64,000 bases of DNA from Bacteroidia bacterium (GCA_046302715.1 JBKCHQ010000106.1:2091-66090), one strand, 5' to 3'. Shown: positions 1 through 10,025, counted from the first letter of the stretch. Notes: generated by a model from the letters alone, not told the origin. Numbers and translations: made by a program.

Positions 1-493
1 TTTCGAAAAAGTTAAAGTTATCAATCACATCCTTTTTGATGTGTACCAGTTTTCGGGCAATACAACCAACTATCACGCCCCACAAAACTCGTATATCAAT
101 AATGTACTTGAAAGCAAAAAAGGGAATCCCCTTCTTTTATCCATCTTGTATTCGGTAATTGCCCAAGGACTAAACATTCCAATTTACGGGGTTAATTTAC
201 CAGAACACTTTATTTTGGCGTATCGAGATGAGTTTACGCTCCATAAAGAAGGAGAGGCCGAACCTATACTTTTTTACATCAATCCCTTTAGTCGCGGTGC
301 GGTATTTAGCAAACGCGAGATTGACACCTTCTTGAAGCAATTGAAGCTCGAGGCCAATCCCATTTTCTATGAAAGTTGCCCCAATACTGCGATAATAAGC
401 AGGCAGCTGCGAAATTTGATTCACTCCTACGAAAAATTAGGGTATCCCAATAAAGTAGAGGAACTCAATAGCTTACTAGAGATTCTTCAGTGA
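1..493 (+). CDS. SirB1/UPF0162-like transglutaminase-like family protein, C-terminal portion; 5' end lies outside the window
   Basis: ORF 41..493 begins with a GTG and the frame stays open upstream to position 2. The segment GNPLLLSILYSVIAQGLNIPIYGVNLPEHFIL resembles the transglutaminase-like core of SirB1-family proteins. Confidence 0.4.
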   Translation, partial: FEKVKVINHILFDVYQFSGNTTNYHAPQNSYINNVLESKKGNPLLLSILYSVIAQGLNIPIYGVNLPEHFILAYRDEFTLHKEGEAEPILFYINPFSRGAVFSKREIDTFLKQLKLEANPIFYESCPNTAIISRQLRNLIHSYEKLGYPNKVEELNSLLEILQ

Positions 494-494
494 T

Positions 495-1193
495 TTATGG
501 GGTGGAACCCTTTCTTTTTAGTTTAATAGGGAGTTTTTGCGGCCGTCGTTTTTTAGGGTAACGCTTGAGAATAAAACGGGAAACCTGGTCGGGAGCTCTG
601 CTGCATCTAAACGTCCAGCCCTGATTTAAATCTAATTTTCGATAAATAAAAAATGAACCATCTTTCAACGCCGAAACCGGAGCCAGCAGCAGCGTTAAAA
701 ATTCTGTAGTTGGCGTTGAATAGCCAAATAGTACAAAATTATTTAAGGCATAAACCGATCGTTCAGGCTTTCGTTTTCTTTTATATTCTAAAAAAACACT
801 ATCGCACCTAATTTCGATGAGTCGGCCCCTGCGTGGCATTTCGGCAGTGTCGCCCTTTAACTTATAATAGAGCATGTTCTTTTCCCTAAATAAAGGCCGC
901 CGCTTAGAATTTGCATTTGAAAATTCTAACTGATAGGACTCAGTTTTCAAGCCTTTTTCTATAGCCTGACTTTCCAGCAAAAAGCCGTATGTAAGTCGAA
1001 TAGGAAGTTCATATTCGACCGTATCGGAGGCATCCAACAATCGAAAAAAAATAAGGCTGTCATTCGTGTTCAGGATGATGCATTCCAGCAGTACATCCTT
1101 TTCCCGTAAAAAAATAATGTCCTGCCCGATGCTCTTTCCGCAGTTAATTACGAACAGTATAACAATGAAGCATTTAAAGCCGCTGGAAGACAT
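495..1193 (-). CDS. hypothetical protein with hydrophobic N-terminus (possible lipoprotein or secreted protein)
   Basis: 232-aa ORF filling the gap between flanking genes. Basic C-terminal tail and no recognisable catalytic motif. Confidence 0.35.
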   Translation of the reverse strand: MSSSGFKCFIVILFVINCGKSIGQDIIFLREKDVLLECIILNTNDSLIFFRLLDASDTVEYELPIRLTYGFLLESQAIEKGLKTESYQLEFSNANSKRRPLFREKNMLYYKLKGDTAEMPRRGRLIEIRCDSVFLEYKRKRKPERSVYALNNFVLFGYSTPTTEFLTLLLAPVSALKDGSFFIYRKLDLNQGWTFRCSRAPDQVSRFILKRYPKKRRPQKLPIKLKRKGSTP

Positions 1194-1245
1194 TTAATCA
1201 CAAAATTAATGTAAAGCTGGGCACGATTACTATTTTTGTGATACT

Positions 1246-1743
1246 ATGAACGGCCAACTTATTTTAACGCCTCAAAAAGTGAAGCAAAAACTGAAGCGCA
1301 TTGCACTTCAGATACTGGAACGCAATCACGAAAAAAAAATAATATTGGTTGGAATAGAAAAACGAGGCCTTGAATTAGCGCAACTTTTAGCCGAAGATTT
1401 ACAAAGATTTGGACCGCATCCCGTTACTGTGGCATTCATTCGAATCAATAAAGAAAATCCTTTAGAAAATCCAGTTGTGAGCCATATTGAACATGACGAT
1501 CTCCTGCAGTCTGCGTTAATTATTGTAGATGACGTGCAAAATTCAGGGCGAACTATGATGTATGCTATTAGGCATTTTCTGGACCTTCCGATACCCTCTA
1601 TCCAAACCTGTATTTTGGTGAATCGTGGGCACAATCAATTTCCTGTGCATTGCGATTATGTAGGTCTAGCGCTTTCAACCACCTTGCAGGAACATGTACG
1701 TGTAGAGGTTAGCGGCAGCGAAGTTGAGGTGTATTTAAGTTAG
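1246..1743 (+). CDS. pyrR: PyrR-like phosphoribosyltransferase (pyrimidine operon regulator / uracil PRTase family)
   Basis: The PRPP-binding motif IIVDDVQNSGRTM is present. The length and the N-terminal ILERN...LVGIEKRGLELA region follow the PyrR layout. Confidence 0.55.
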   Translation: MNGQLILTPQKVKQKLKRIALQILERNHEKKIILVGIEKRGLELAQLLAEDLQRFGPHPVTVAFIRINKENPLENPVVSHIEHDDLLQSALIIVDDVQNSGRTMMYAIRHFLDLPIPSIQTCILVNRGHNQFPVHCDYVGLALSTTLQEHVRVEVSGSEVEVYLS

Positions 1744-1756
1744 AAGATATAAATTC

Positions 1757-1800
1757 AATAAGGTCGCAATACCCAAGAGGGCCTTATTATTCTTTTTGCT
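1757..1800. terminator. possible bidirectional terminator between convergent pyrR-like and nusB genes
   Basis: 9-bp stem AATAAGGTC/GGCCTTATT (one G-U pair) with a 13-nt loop, followed by ATTCTTTTTG. Weak. Confidence 0.3.
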
Positions 1801-1806
1801 CAAGAT

Positions 1807-2751
1807 TTATTCAACCAAGCCGCGGCCTGCTTTAACAATCTTATTCTTCTTCTTATAGTCGGCCACCAATTTATCTAAAATCCCGTTGATGAAGTTTTTA
1901 CTCTGTGGGCTTGAGTAATCTTTAGAAAGTTCTATGTATTCGTCGAGGCTTACTTTGACTGGAATTGACGGAAAGCAGGTTAATTCGCACATGGCCATCT
2001 TCATCAGAATAATGTCCATTTTCGCCACACGCTCTATTTCCCAGTTTTCCGCTTTTTGAGCAATCTCTTTCTCAAAATCCTCGTGATGCAAAATAGTTTG
2101 ACGGTATAATTCAGTCGCAAATTTTCGGTCCTCGTCAGATTCTTTCTGCAATGGCATCAATTTAAAGGCGCACTCTTCCTCCTTTATGTTCCTAATGGTT
2201 TTATAAACGCCATGCTGCATTATTTCAATCTCATCCAGCCAGTAAATGCTTCGCTCCTCCAACATTAATCGAATAAGCTCTGAAGGGAATACATGATGTT
2301 CGTAAATCCAGCAAACCAATTCCTGGTCTTCTTTAAAACTTGGGGCGTTTTTATGGAGATACTCTACAAATACAGCTTCATTGCGAAACTGCATGAAGAT
2401 TTTACGCACTAACTCCTGCTGCCCAATCCAGTTAATTTTAAGCTTATAGAGCTTTTCCTGCAGACCTTCGTGATTGCCTATTTTTTGAATAATGCGATTC
2501 TCAACGAAATTAAGGCTCGGATTTAGATCTTCTGCTGTTGGAAGGTGCTTTTGCCTGCGTTCATGAATGAGATTTTCGGCAGCATCTCTAAATTCAGGAA
2601 GAATAGAAAGATACGTTAAGTAAATCTCATACACCTTGTCGATGCTATGAAACAATTCTTTTTCACCCAGACGCACATCGTCCTGCCCCGACTGAAAAAA
2701 GGCATAAAGCGCTTTAAGTACTTTTTCTCGTATATGCCTTCTGTTGAGCAT
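1807..2751 (-). CDS. nusB: transcription antitermination factor NusB (long Bacteroidota form)
   Basis: The N-terminus RRHIREKVLKALYAFFQSG is the canonical NusB start. Its start lies 2 nt downstream of the ldh-like stop codon. Confidence 0.75.
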   Translation of the reverse strand: MLNRRHIREKVLKALYAFFQSGQDDVRLGEKELFHSIDKVYEIYLTYLSILPEFRDAAENLIHERRQKHLPTAEDLNPSLNFVENRIIQKIGNHEGLQEKLYKLKINWIGQQELVRKIFMQFRNEAVFVEYLHKNAPSFKEDQELVCWIYEHHVFPSELIRLMLEERSIYWLDEIEIMQHGVYKTIRNIKEEECAFKLMPLQKESDEDRKFATELYRQTILHHEDFEKEIAQKAENWEIERVAKMDIILMKMAMCELTCFPSIPVKVSLDEYIELSKDYSSPQSKNFINGILDKLVADYKKKNKIVKAGRGLVE

Positions 2752-2752
2752 G

Positions 2753-3865
2753 TTAAAAGGATAGTTTTATGCGGCCTACGGAGTCGATTCTTTTTTCTGC
2801 TAATCGTTTAGCCGCTTCGATGGTAGGGATATTTTCATTTCGGGCAATGCCAAAAACATGACAAGCAGCATCGTAGATATGTTCCGTTTTTGCGTAAGCA
2901 CGTTCACGGTTATAGCCTTCAAGCTCTATAGATACATTGATAAGCCCGCCAGCATTAATCAAAAAATCTGGAGCATACAAAATGCCTTTATCCTTTACCA
3001 TTTGACCATGTACTTCTTCTTCGGCCAGCTGATTATTGGCTGCACCAGCGATAATGGAGCATTTCAAACGTGAAAGTGAATCGGTATTTACCGAAGCGCC
3101 CAAGGCACAAGGGGCATAAATATCGATGTCTAAATCGAATAACTGATCGCCTTCCACTACATTTACGCCTGAAGATTGGGTCAATACGCTGTTGATATTG
3201 TCTTTATTGATGTCGTTAATCCAAACTTTAGCCCCTTCTTTTACTAAATGGGCAACCAGATGCTGGCCTACTTTTCCAACGCCCTGAACAGCGACTTTTT
3301 TGCCATTTAAGCTATCATTCCCAAAAACCTCTTTGGCAGAAGCCTTCATTCCTAAATAAACTCCGTACGCCGTAACCGGAGATGGATCGCCGCCACCGCC
3401 TAGTATTTCAGGTAAACCGGTAACATGCTTGGTTTCCATGGCAATATATTCAATATCGCGTGTACCAATATTCACATCTTCGGCGGTGATGTATCTGCCG
3501 GCAAGGCCATCAACAAATTTACCGAAGCGTCTGAGCATAGCTTCAGTTTTCTGATTACGGGCATCGCCAATTATTACAGCCTTTCCACCACCCAGATTTA
3601 AACCGGTAATTGCTGCTTTATAGGTCATGCCCCGCGACAGGCGCAATACATCGGTAAGCGCCTCTGCTTCGGTTTTGTATGTCCACATGCGCGTACCGCC
3701 CAATGCAGGACCTAAATGGGTATTGTGTATGGCAACTATGGCTTTTAAGCCTGTGGCTCGATCATAAAAATGTACTACCTGTTCGTGGCCGCCTTGTTCC
3801 ATGCCTGTTAAGGCTGAGGTCACTTCTTGGGCAACCGATGTATTTAATTCAGTTGTTTGAGCCAT
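2753..3865 (-). CDS. Glu/Leu/Phe/Val dehydrogenase family (leucine dehydrogenase-like)
   Basis: 370 aa, with the GGGK substrate-loop motif (GLNLGGGKAVI) and a Rossmann GVGKVG motif. Length matches leucine or valine dehydrogenases. Confidence 0.8.
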   Translation of the reverse strand: MAQTTELNTSVAQEVTSALTGMEQGGHEQVVHFYDRATGLKAIVAIHNTHLGPALGGTRMWTYKTEAEALTDVLRLSRGMTYKAAITGLNLGGGKAVIIGDARNQKTEAMLRRFGKFVDGLAGRYITAEDVNIGTRDIEYIAMETKHVTGLPEILGGGGDPSPVTAYGVYLGMKASAKEVFGNDSLNGKKVAVQGVGKVGQHLVAHLVKEGAKVWINDINKDNINSVLTQSSGVNVVEGDQLFDLDIDIYAPCALGASVNTDSLSRLKCSIIAGAANNQLAEEEVHGQMVKDKGILYAPDFLINAGGLINVSIELEGYNRERAYAKTEHIYDAACHVFGIARNENIPTIEAAKRLAEKRIDSVGRIKLSF

Positions 3866-4008
3866 GTGATTTGTTTTCTTTTGGGAGTTTGAGTTAGGTC
3901 AATAGCTGGGATTTTCAATATTTTTGCTTCAGTATTAGTATCCCCGCAAATCGGGGCACAAAAGTACACGATTTTACACACCCCGCAAAATTCAAGAAGC
4001 AGGAACCT

Positions 4009-5811
4009 ATGAAATCATTGAAATTTCTTAATGCCTATCTCCTGCGCTATAAAACAAGGCTGTTATTGGGGGTGGTTTTTGTTACGGTATCGAACATTTT
4101 TGCCATTTATCCGGCCGAGATTTTACGCAAGGGTATTGATATGGTGCACCATGGCATTCAGGTGTATTTTCAGTTTAAAGGCGCATCGCTCGAGAGCGAC
4201 TTGATTAGTGGCTTTTTTACGCTATTGCTTATTTTAGGTTTGGCTGTAATCTGCACAGCGCTTTTAAAAGGGCTATTTATGTTTTTTATGCGGCAAACTA
4301 TAATTGTAATGTCGCGCCTGGTGGAGTATGATTTAAAAAACGACATTTTTGCTCAATATCAGCGGCTCGATTACGCTTTTTATAAAAGAAATAAAACCGG
4401 CGACCTTATGGCTCGCATCGGCGAAGACGTGAGTCAGGTGAGGATGTATGTAGGGCCAGCCATAATGTACGCGATAAGTACGGTTACCTTGTTTTTTCTG
4501 GTACTAGGACGCATGGTTTCGGTAGAGCCCGAGTTAACACTTTATGTGTTGAGCCCGCTGCCTATTTTGGCTTTGGCCATTTATTTAGTGAATTCCACTG
4601 TAATCAAGAAAAGCGAACGTGTGCAGCAGCAACTTTCGTTAATATCGTCACGTGTGCAGGAAAGCCTGTCTGGTATTAGGGTTGTTAAAGCCTATGCTAA
4701 AGAACATTATTATGCAAACGTTTTTGGGGCGGAGACCGAGGAATATAAAAACAGAAATTTAACATTGGTGCAAATAAGCGCACTTTTTCAGCCGCTCATT
4801 GTGGTATTAATCGGCTTAAGTACACTAATTACAGTGTATGTGGGTGGGTTAAAAGTGCAAACGGGCGAAATTTCGGCAGGTATTATTGGCGAATTTATTC
4901 TTTACGTAAATATGCTTACTTGGCCGGTAGCCAGTATTGGCTGGGTAACTTCTATTGTTCAAAGAGCCGCCGCTTCGCAGGTACGTATTAATGAGTTTAT
5001 GGAACAAAAGCCCGGTGTAGTTAACGAAACAAGCGAGCCATTTACGCTGCAAGGTAACATCGAGTTTAAGGAGGTGTATTTCCGTTATCCCGAAAGTGGT
5101 ATAGAGGCCTTACACGATATTAGTTTTACCCTGGAAAAAGGAAAATCGTTGGCTTTTGTGGGCAGAACCGGATCGGGCAAAAGTACTATTGCCGCTTTGG
5201 TTACACGACTTTATGATGTTGACCATGGCCAAATTTTGATTGACGGTAAATCGCTCCAGAATATTAATCTCGATCATTACCGCTCTTCGCTTTCGTATGT
5301 TCCGCAAGATGTATTTCTTTTTTCAGACACCATAAAGGCAAATATCTCTTTTGGTTTTCATCCCTCGCAGGTGCCTCAAAATGAAATGCCACTCATTGAA
5401 CAAGCTGCTACGGATGCTGCAATATTAGAACACATCGAAGCATTTTCTGAAAAATTTGAAACTCGAATTGGCGAAAGAGGGGTAACGCTTTCGGGGGGAC
5501 AAAAGCAACGAATTTCAATTGCTCGGGCTCTTGTGCGTAATCCTCAATTATTAATTTTCGATGATTGTTTAAGTGCTGTAGATACTGCTACCGAAGAAAC
5601 TATATTAAACAATCTAAAGCGAAAAATGGAGGGTAAAACTTGCATTTTTATTGCACATCGCATTTCAACCATTAAGCATTGCGATGAAATTATTGTTCTT
5701 GAAAATGGCCGTATAGCCGAAAAAGGATCGCACCAAGAGCTTATTGCCCAAGAAGGGATATATGCTTCGATGTACCGAAAACAATTGCTCGAAGAAAAAT
5801 CCTCTGTTTAG
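4009..5811 (+). CDS. ABC transporter permease/ATP-binding fusion protein (MsbA-like exporter)
   Basis: 600 aa with six N-terminal transmembrane helices, Walker A GRTGSGKST, the ABC signature LSGGQKQRISIARAL and Walker B LLIFDD. Confidence 0.85.
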   Translation: MKSLKFLNAYLLRYKTRLLLGVVFVTVSNIFAIYPAEILRKGIDMVHHGIQVYFQFKGASLESDLISGFFTLLLILGLAVICTALLKGLFMFFMRQTIIVMSRLVEYDLKNDIFAQYQRLDYAFYKRNKTGDLMARIGEDVSQVRMYVGPAIMYAISTVTLFFLVLGRMVSVEPELTLYVLSPLPILALAIYLVNSTVIKKSERVQQQLSLISSRVQESLSGIRVVKAYAKEHYYANVFGAETEEYKNRNLTLVQISALFQPLIVVLIGLSTLITVYVGGLKVQTGEISAGIIGEFILYVNMLTWPVASIGWVTSIVQRAAASQVRINEFMEQKPGVVNETSEPFTLQGNIEFKEVYFRYPESGIEALHDISFTLEKGKSLAFVGRTGSGKSTIAALVTRLYDVDHGQILIDGKSLQNINLDHYRSSLSYVPQDVFLFSDTIKANISFGFHPSQVPQNEMPLIEQAATDAAILEHIEAFSEKFETRIGERGVTLSGGQKQRISIARALVRNPQLLIFDDCLSAVDTATEETILNNLKRKMEGKTCIFIAHRISTIKHCDEIIVLENGRIAEKGSHQELIAQEGIYASMYRKQLLEEKSSV

Positions 5812-5820
5812 GTTTAGATT

Positions 5821-6687
5821 CTAACGGGGCTTTGCCAGCCCTTTTTCAGGTTTTTTGAAGTTTTTCTGTTCCTCTTTGTCGTTTCTGGCCTCGAAATTTC
5901 TGATAAACTTCCATTTACCTTTTTCGAAAACGTAGGCATCGGTAGAAAAATCGGGACTATAAAATGCATACTGGCCCTCCAACGTAGAATTTGGCGGCAC
6001 CAGATGGTCGAAGACTATATGCTGGTTGGTCTCGAAATAACGCAGACTTACAGCTGCATCCTCGGCATATTCAAGCAAAACTCGATGCTTAAGAATCTTA
6101 CCCTCCTGAAAAATTGGAGATCCAAACTTAACATTCTTACCAGTTATCTGCATAACGTCAATAATCTTTCGGTTGCTAAGGGCAGTATTGCCGTCCCAAC
6201 CTAAAAGCGTGTAGGTTTTTTTACGCTTGTATTTTGTATAAATTATCTTGTAATACAAAGCTCCGTACCAATGAGCAGCATTTAATGCCCTAAATTCAGG
6301 TTTAGAAATACTGTCCGAATCATCAATTAAAACTAAGGTCTTACCTCTAGCTTTTTTAGAATCGGCGAATCTAACGCGTCCGTAATATTTGTACGTTCCG
6401 TCTAATTGTGGAATATTCCACGTTATCAGCAGAAAGGTATTGTCGGGCGCACGTAGGACGGAAATGGACCTTATGGTGTCTAGGCCATTAAACGAAGATT
6501 GGGGCAGGCTTAAAACAGAATCAATGAGTGTCTCCACTTTTCGGCCAAACTCCATTCTTTTTTCTGCATCAGAATCATTAAGCATGGCTCGGGCACTTTC
6601 AGAAAGCCCCATCTGGCCGTAAAGTCCGGAAATGGAAATGCTGTAAATGAAGATTATGCGTCGAAAAACCATCCCTTTGAGGTGCAT
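5821..6687 (-). CDS. hypothetical secreted protein, last gene of the BatA-like / dihydroorotase-like unit
   Basis: Signal-peptide-like N-terminus (MVFRRIIFIYSISISGLYGQ). Its start overlaps the 3' end of the upstream dihydroorotase-like gene by 19-34 nt. Confidence 0.45.
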   Translation of the reverse strand: MHLKGMVFRRIIFIYSISISGLYGQMGLSESARAMLNDSDAEKRMEFGRKVETLIDSVLSLPQSSFNGLDTIRSISVLRAPDNTFLLITWNIPQLDGTYKYYGRVRFADSKKARGKTLVLIDDSDSISKPEFRALNAAHWYGALYYKIIYTKYKRKKTYTLLGWDGNTALSNRKIIDVMQITGKNVKFGSPIFQEGKILKHRVLLEYAEDAAVSLRYFETNQHIVFDHLVPPNSTLEGQYAFYSPDFSTDAYVFEKGKWKFIRNFEARNDKEEQKNFKKPEKGLAKPR

Positions 6688-7931
6688 GTTCCGTAAATCT
6701 TGCCCTGTAACTGCATGCCCGGGTAAGGCGAATTCGAAGATTTTGAGAATATCATTTCCTCCGTAAACGTAAATTGCTCCGCTGGCGTATATATAAAGAA
6801 ATTGGCCGGAGCTCCATCTTCAATTCTCGGGATCTCTTTACCGACAATTTTTCGGGGATTAATCGAAAGGGCGCGGATTAAAACATCGATATCTGAATCA
6901 CTATTTAAGGCTTTACGTGCAGCCGCATAAAGACATTCAATGCCTTCGATCCCAAATCGGGCATACGCAAATTCAACATCTTTATGCTCAATTGGCTCAG
7001 GCCGGTGATCAGAACACAATACGTCAATGGTCCCGTCGCGCAAGCCTTGAATAAGTGCAATTCGATCATTTTCGCTCCTTAAAGGAGGCCACACTTTATA
7101 ATTACTATCGAACTTTTCAAGACATCCATCATTAAAAAGCAGATGATGCGGGTAGGTGCTGCAATACACCTTAATGTGTGCAGACTTAGCTTCTCTAATA
7201 ATATCCACCGATTTGGCACAACTTATTCCTGCAATAAATATGGGAACATCGTGATATTGAGCTAAAGTAATAGCCCGCTGAATACCGAGTATTTCGCTTA
7301 TTTCAGGCGCACTTTTTAATCCCAATCGCGTGCTGCTTTCGCCTTCATTCACTAAGGCCCCCTGAGTTATTGCGGCATCATCGGGGTGCAACATCACTAT
7401 ACCTCCTGATAATTTGGTGTACTGGAGCGCCAAATGCAGAAGAAGCGTGTTGGACAAAGCGCTTTTATCGTCGGTAAATACTGCGACCCCTTCCTGTTTC
7501 AAGGCCACCATTTCGGTTAGATCTTTTCCCTTCATACCAACCGAAAGTGCACCCGCTGCGACAAATTCAACAGGTAAATCGGCAGTGGATTGATGGATAA
7601 ATGCTGCAGCCCCACGATGATCCGTTACCGGAAGTAAGTCTGGCATCAGGTTTAATGAAGTTACTCCACCACGCATGGCTGCATTAGATAAACTTTCAAA
7701 GGTTTCGCGTTCTTCAAACCCAGGCTCTCCACCTGTAACTTGAAAATCGTAAAGACCGGGTGAAGCCAAAAGTCCACTGCAATCGAAAACCTCAATTTCG
7801 AATGAATTATCTGTTTGTGCGTTTATATGGATTATTCCGTCTCTTACTAAAATGGAGCACAGTTGATGGTGTAAATTACTTTCAGGATGTGCAATGCGTA
7901 CGTTTTTGAATAGAACCGCGTGCTTCTTCAT
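6654..7931 (-). CDS. dihydroorotase-like amidohydrolase lacking metal-binding residues (PyrC'-like pseudoenzyme)
   Basis: The amidohydrolase fold aligns to class I dihydroorotase. The HxH motif before ..PG is replaced (DFQVTGGEPG versus canonical DxHVHxRxPG) and DHAPH is replaced by DHRPEP. The start is placed at MKKHAV, where the ATG overlaps the upstream stop as ATGA. Confidence 0.65.
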   Translation of the reverse strand: MKKHAVLFKNVRIAHPESNLHHQLCSILVRDGIIHINAQTDNSFEIEVFDCSGLLASPGLYDFQVTGGEPGFEERETFESLSNAAMRGGVTSLNLMPDLLPVTDHRGAAAFIHQSTADLPVEFVAAGALSVGMKGKDLTEMVALKQEGVAVFTDDKSALSNTLLLHLALQYTKLSGGIVMLHPDDAAITQGALVNEGESSTRLGLKSAPEISEILGIQRAITLAQYHDVPIFIAGISCAKSVDIIREAKSAHIKVYCSTYPHHLLFNDGCLEKFDSNYKVWPPLRSENDRIALIQGLRDGTIDVLCSDHRPEPIEHKDVEFAYARFGIEGIECLYAAARKALNSDSDIDVLIRALSINPRKIVGKEIPRIEDGAPANFFIYTPAEQFTFTEEMIFSKSSNSPYPGMQLQGKIYGTCTSKGWFFDA

Positions 7932-9970
7932 GATTTCATAAAGCGTATGAGTAATATTTCGAGAAGGAAAAACAATAATGCAGCAATGATGAAGTATTTC
8001 CAAATGGGCTTTCCTTCATCAAGTTGTGCGATACTGTTTCCCAATTCTTTTTGATTGCCGTCGAGAATTTCCAGAGAGGTGAAACCAGCTGCATTGAAGC
8101 GTTTTAGCAAATTCTCCTTATTTTCGAACTTCATTTCCGACTCTTCGCGCGGGTAATTGAACGATGCCCATCCCTTAATGCTATCGCCTATCATGATCTT
8201 GTAATTGCCTGCTTTAGGCAATTCATTGTTAACATATAGTTTAACAATACCGTTTTGCATTTCCTGTTCAGGTATAATTTCGAATGTGCCGTCTTCCGAT
8301 TTGAGCTTCAGAGTTTTGTCGCCACCTGCTACCACACCCGACAACATTATTGCTTCATTTCTGCCAAGGGTATAATACAATTTCGAGGAGGGGAAAGAGT
8401 ACAAGCCAATTTTATATAGCGTAGGTACAAAAAGCGCATGTTGTTGAAAATTACCGCCTACGTCATTGAGCTCAGTGCAGAACAAATACACCTTCCCTTT
8501 GCCCGAATCAAAGCTAGAAGCAAACAAGTCGCCATTGGGTAAACGCATGATTTCTTCGGAGCTGTTTTTTGAACCGCTGGTAATGCTGAAATATTTTTTT
8601 ACACTGGGCAAATCAATATTTTGAGGTACGCGTTCAAAAACATCATCATAAATTGGATGCCTGAAATTTAAATTCCCAACTCGTTGCGACAGCTCCTTTA
8701 AAGCACCATAACCGCCTGCATTGAGCGTTTGGCATAGCGATGTGTAACCGCTTACATTAGCCTGTAAGCTGGGGAAAACCGCAAGACTGCCGCCCTCACC
8801 GATGAACTTACTGATTTCTTGAACCATTCCGCTCGAAATCTCTTTTAAGCCACTCAATACGATTAAATTGTATTCAGGAAACTTCGAATAATCCAGCTGA
8901 AGCGAGGTAACGCTCGTTAAATTAAATGCAGGATTTTTCCCATAAATCTTTTCAAGGTAATTGCCCCCACCCTCATCTTGTACCACTAATACATTAAGTT
9001 TTTCAGGCACGTTGTAGCTGAAATAGAAACGATCGTCGAAAATGATGGGGTGGTCGTTAATGGATAAACTGCCAAATTGATAGCCCGATTCGGGATTGGA
9101 AAAATTCATTTCGGCAATTTTTGAAGAATCAGCTCCAGCACTAAACGAACTTATACCTTTTTGAAGTTGATTAATGGTAACCGATGCCGCAATATTTTCA
9201 GCCCGTTGTTTAGAGTGATTGGTCACTGAGAATAATAATCTATCGGATGTTGATTTTTGGCGATATGGGGTTTCAAACCATAGGGAATCTATAGAAACAT
9301 TGCCTTCGGCTTTGTTTTGTAAATGAATGAGGTTAAGTTGAACGGTAGTGTCGGCTTTTGCTTGTTCAATATCAGCGGCTCCACTTTGGAAGTCGCTTAT
9401 TAAAAAGGAAATGGGGTTTTTGATTTTATTGTAATCAAACAGTTCGTTTTGACGGGCAATAATCTCTGAAGTTTTGCGGTAGCTGGCACTTAAATCCACT
9501 TCACGAAGCATTTCGAGAAATTGGTCCTTCGAAAGCAGTCGCTGATGCTTTCCTTCAAAGTCGTTGGTTATTAATTGAAAGCGATCTGTTTCTTTGTAAG
9601 AAGATGCGATGGAAGCGGCGTGTTTTTTTGCCATTTCGAGTAATGTGGCCGTTTCGCTTTTGCCGTTCATAGAGAACGAGTTATCAATATATATACTAAT
9701 GGCCCTACTTCCGGTTTTTGCTTTATGCACCGAGGGTATGAAAGGGCGGGCAAAGGCTATTACCAAGGCAGCTAAAGCCAGACACCGCGCAATTAAAATG
9801 AGGATGTGCTTGAGTTTTGAGCGACTTTGTGTTTCTTTTTGGAGCGATATTAAGAAACGTACATTGGTAAAATAAACCGTTTTAAACTTCCTGAAGTGAA
9901 AGAGGTGTATAATTATGGGGATAGCCAAGCTAAACAATGCCCATAAAAAAGCCGGATTCGTAAACTTCAT
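7928..9970 (-). CDS. BatA-like N-terminal double-transmembrane-domain protein with large extracytoplasmic region
   Basis: The N-terminus MKFTNPAFLWALFSLAIPIIIHLFHFRKF plus a second helix matches the BatA-type two-helix anchor. 680 aa, with a C-terminal transmembrane helix. Confidence 0.55.
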   Translation of the reverse strand: MKFTNPAFLWALFSLAIPIIIHLFHFRKFKTVYFTNVRFLISLQKETQSRSKLKHILILIARCLALAALVIAFARPFIPSVHKAKTGSRAISIYIDNSFSMNGKSETATLLEMAKKHAASIASSYKETDRFQLITNDFEGKHQRLLSKDQFLEMLREVDLSASYRKTSEIIARQNELFDYNKIKNPISFLISDFQSGAADIEQAKADTTVQLNLIHLQNKAEGNVSIDSLWFETPYRQKSTSDRLLFSVTNHSKQRAENIAASVTINQLQKGISSFSAGADSSKIAEMNFSNPESGYQFGSLSINDHPIIFDDRFYFSYNVPEKLNVLVVQDEGGGNYLEKIYGKNPAFNLTSVTSLQLDYSKFPEYNLIVLSGLKEISSGMVQEISKFIGEGGSLAVFPSLQANVSGYTSLCQTLNAGGYGALKELSQRVGNLNFRHPIYDDVFERVPQNIDLPSVKKYFSITSGSKNSSEEIMRLPNGDLFASSFDSGKGKVYLFCTELNDVGGNFQQHALFVPTLYKIGLYSFPSSKLYYTLGRNEAIMLSGVVAGGDKTLKLKSEDGTFEIIPEQEMQNGIVKLYVNNELPKAGNYKIMIGDSIKGWASFNYPREESEMKFENKENLLKRFNAAGFTSLEILDGNQKELGNSIAQLDEGKPIWKYFIIAALLFFLLEILLIRFMKS

Positions 9971-10025
9971 CGCCCCACAAAGATATAAGCATTTTTAACC
10001 TCATTAAACCATTTCGTTAATTTAT

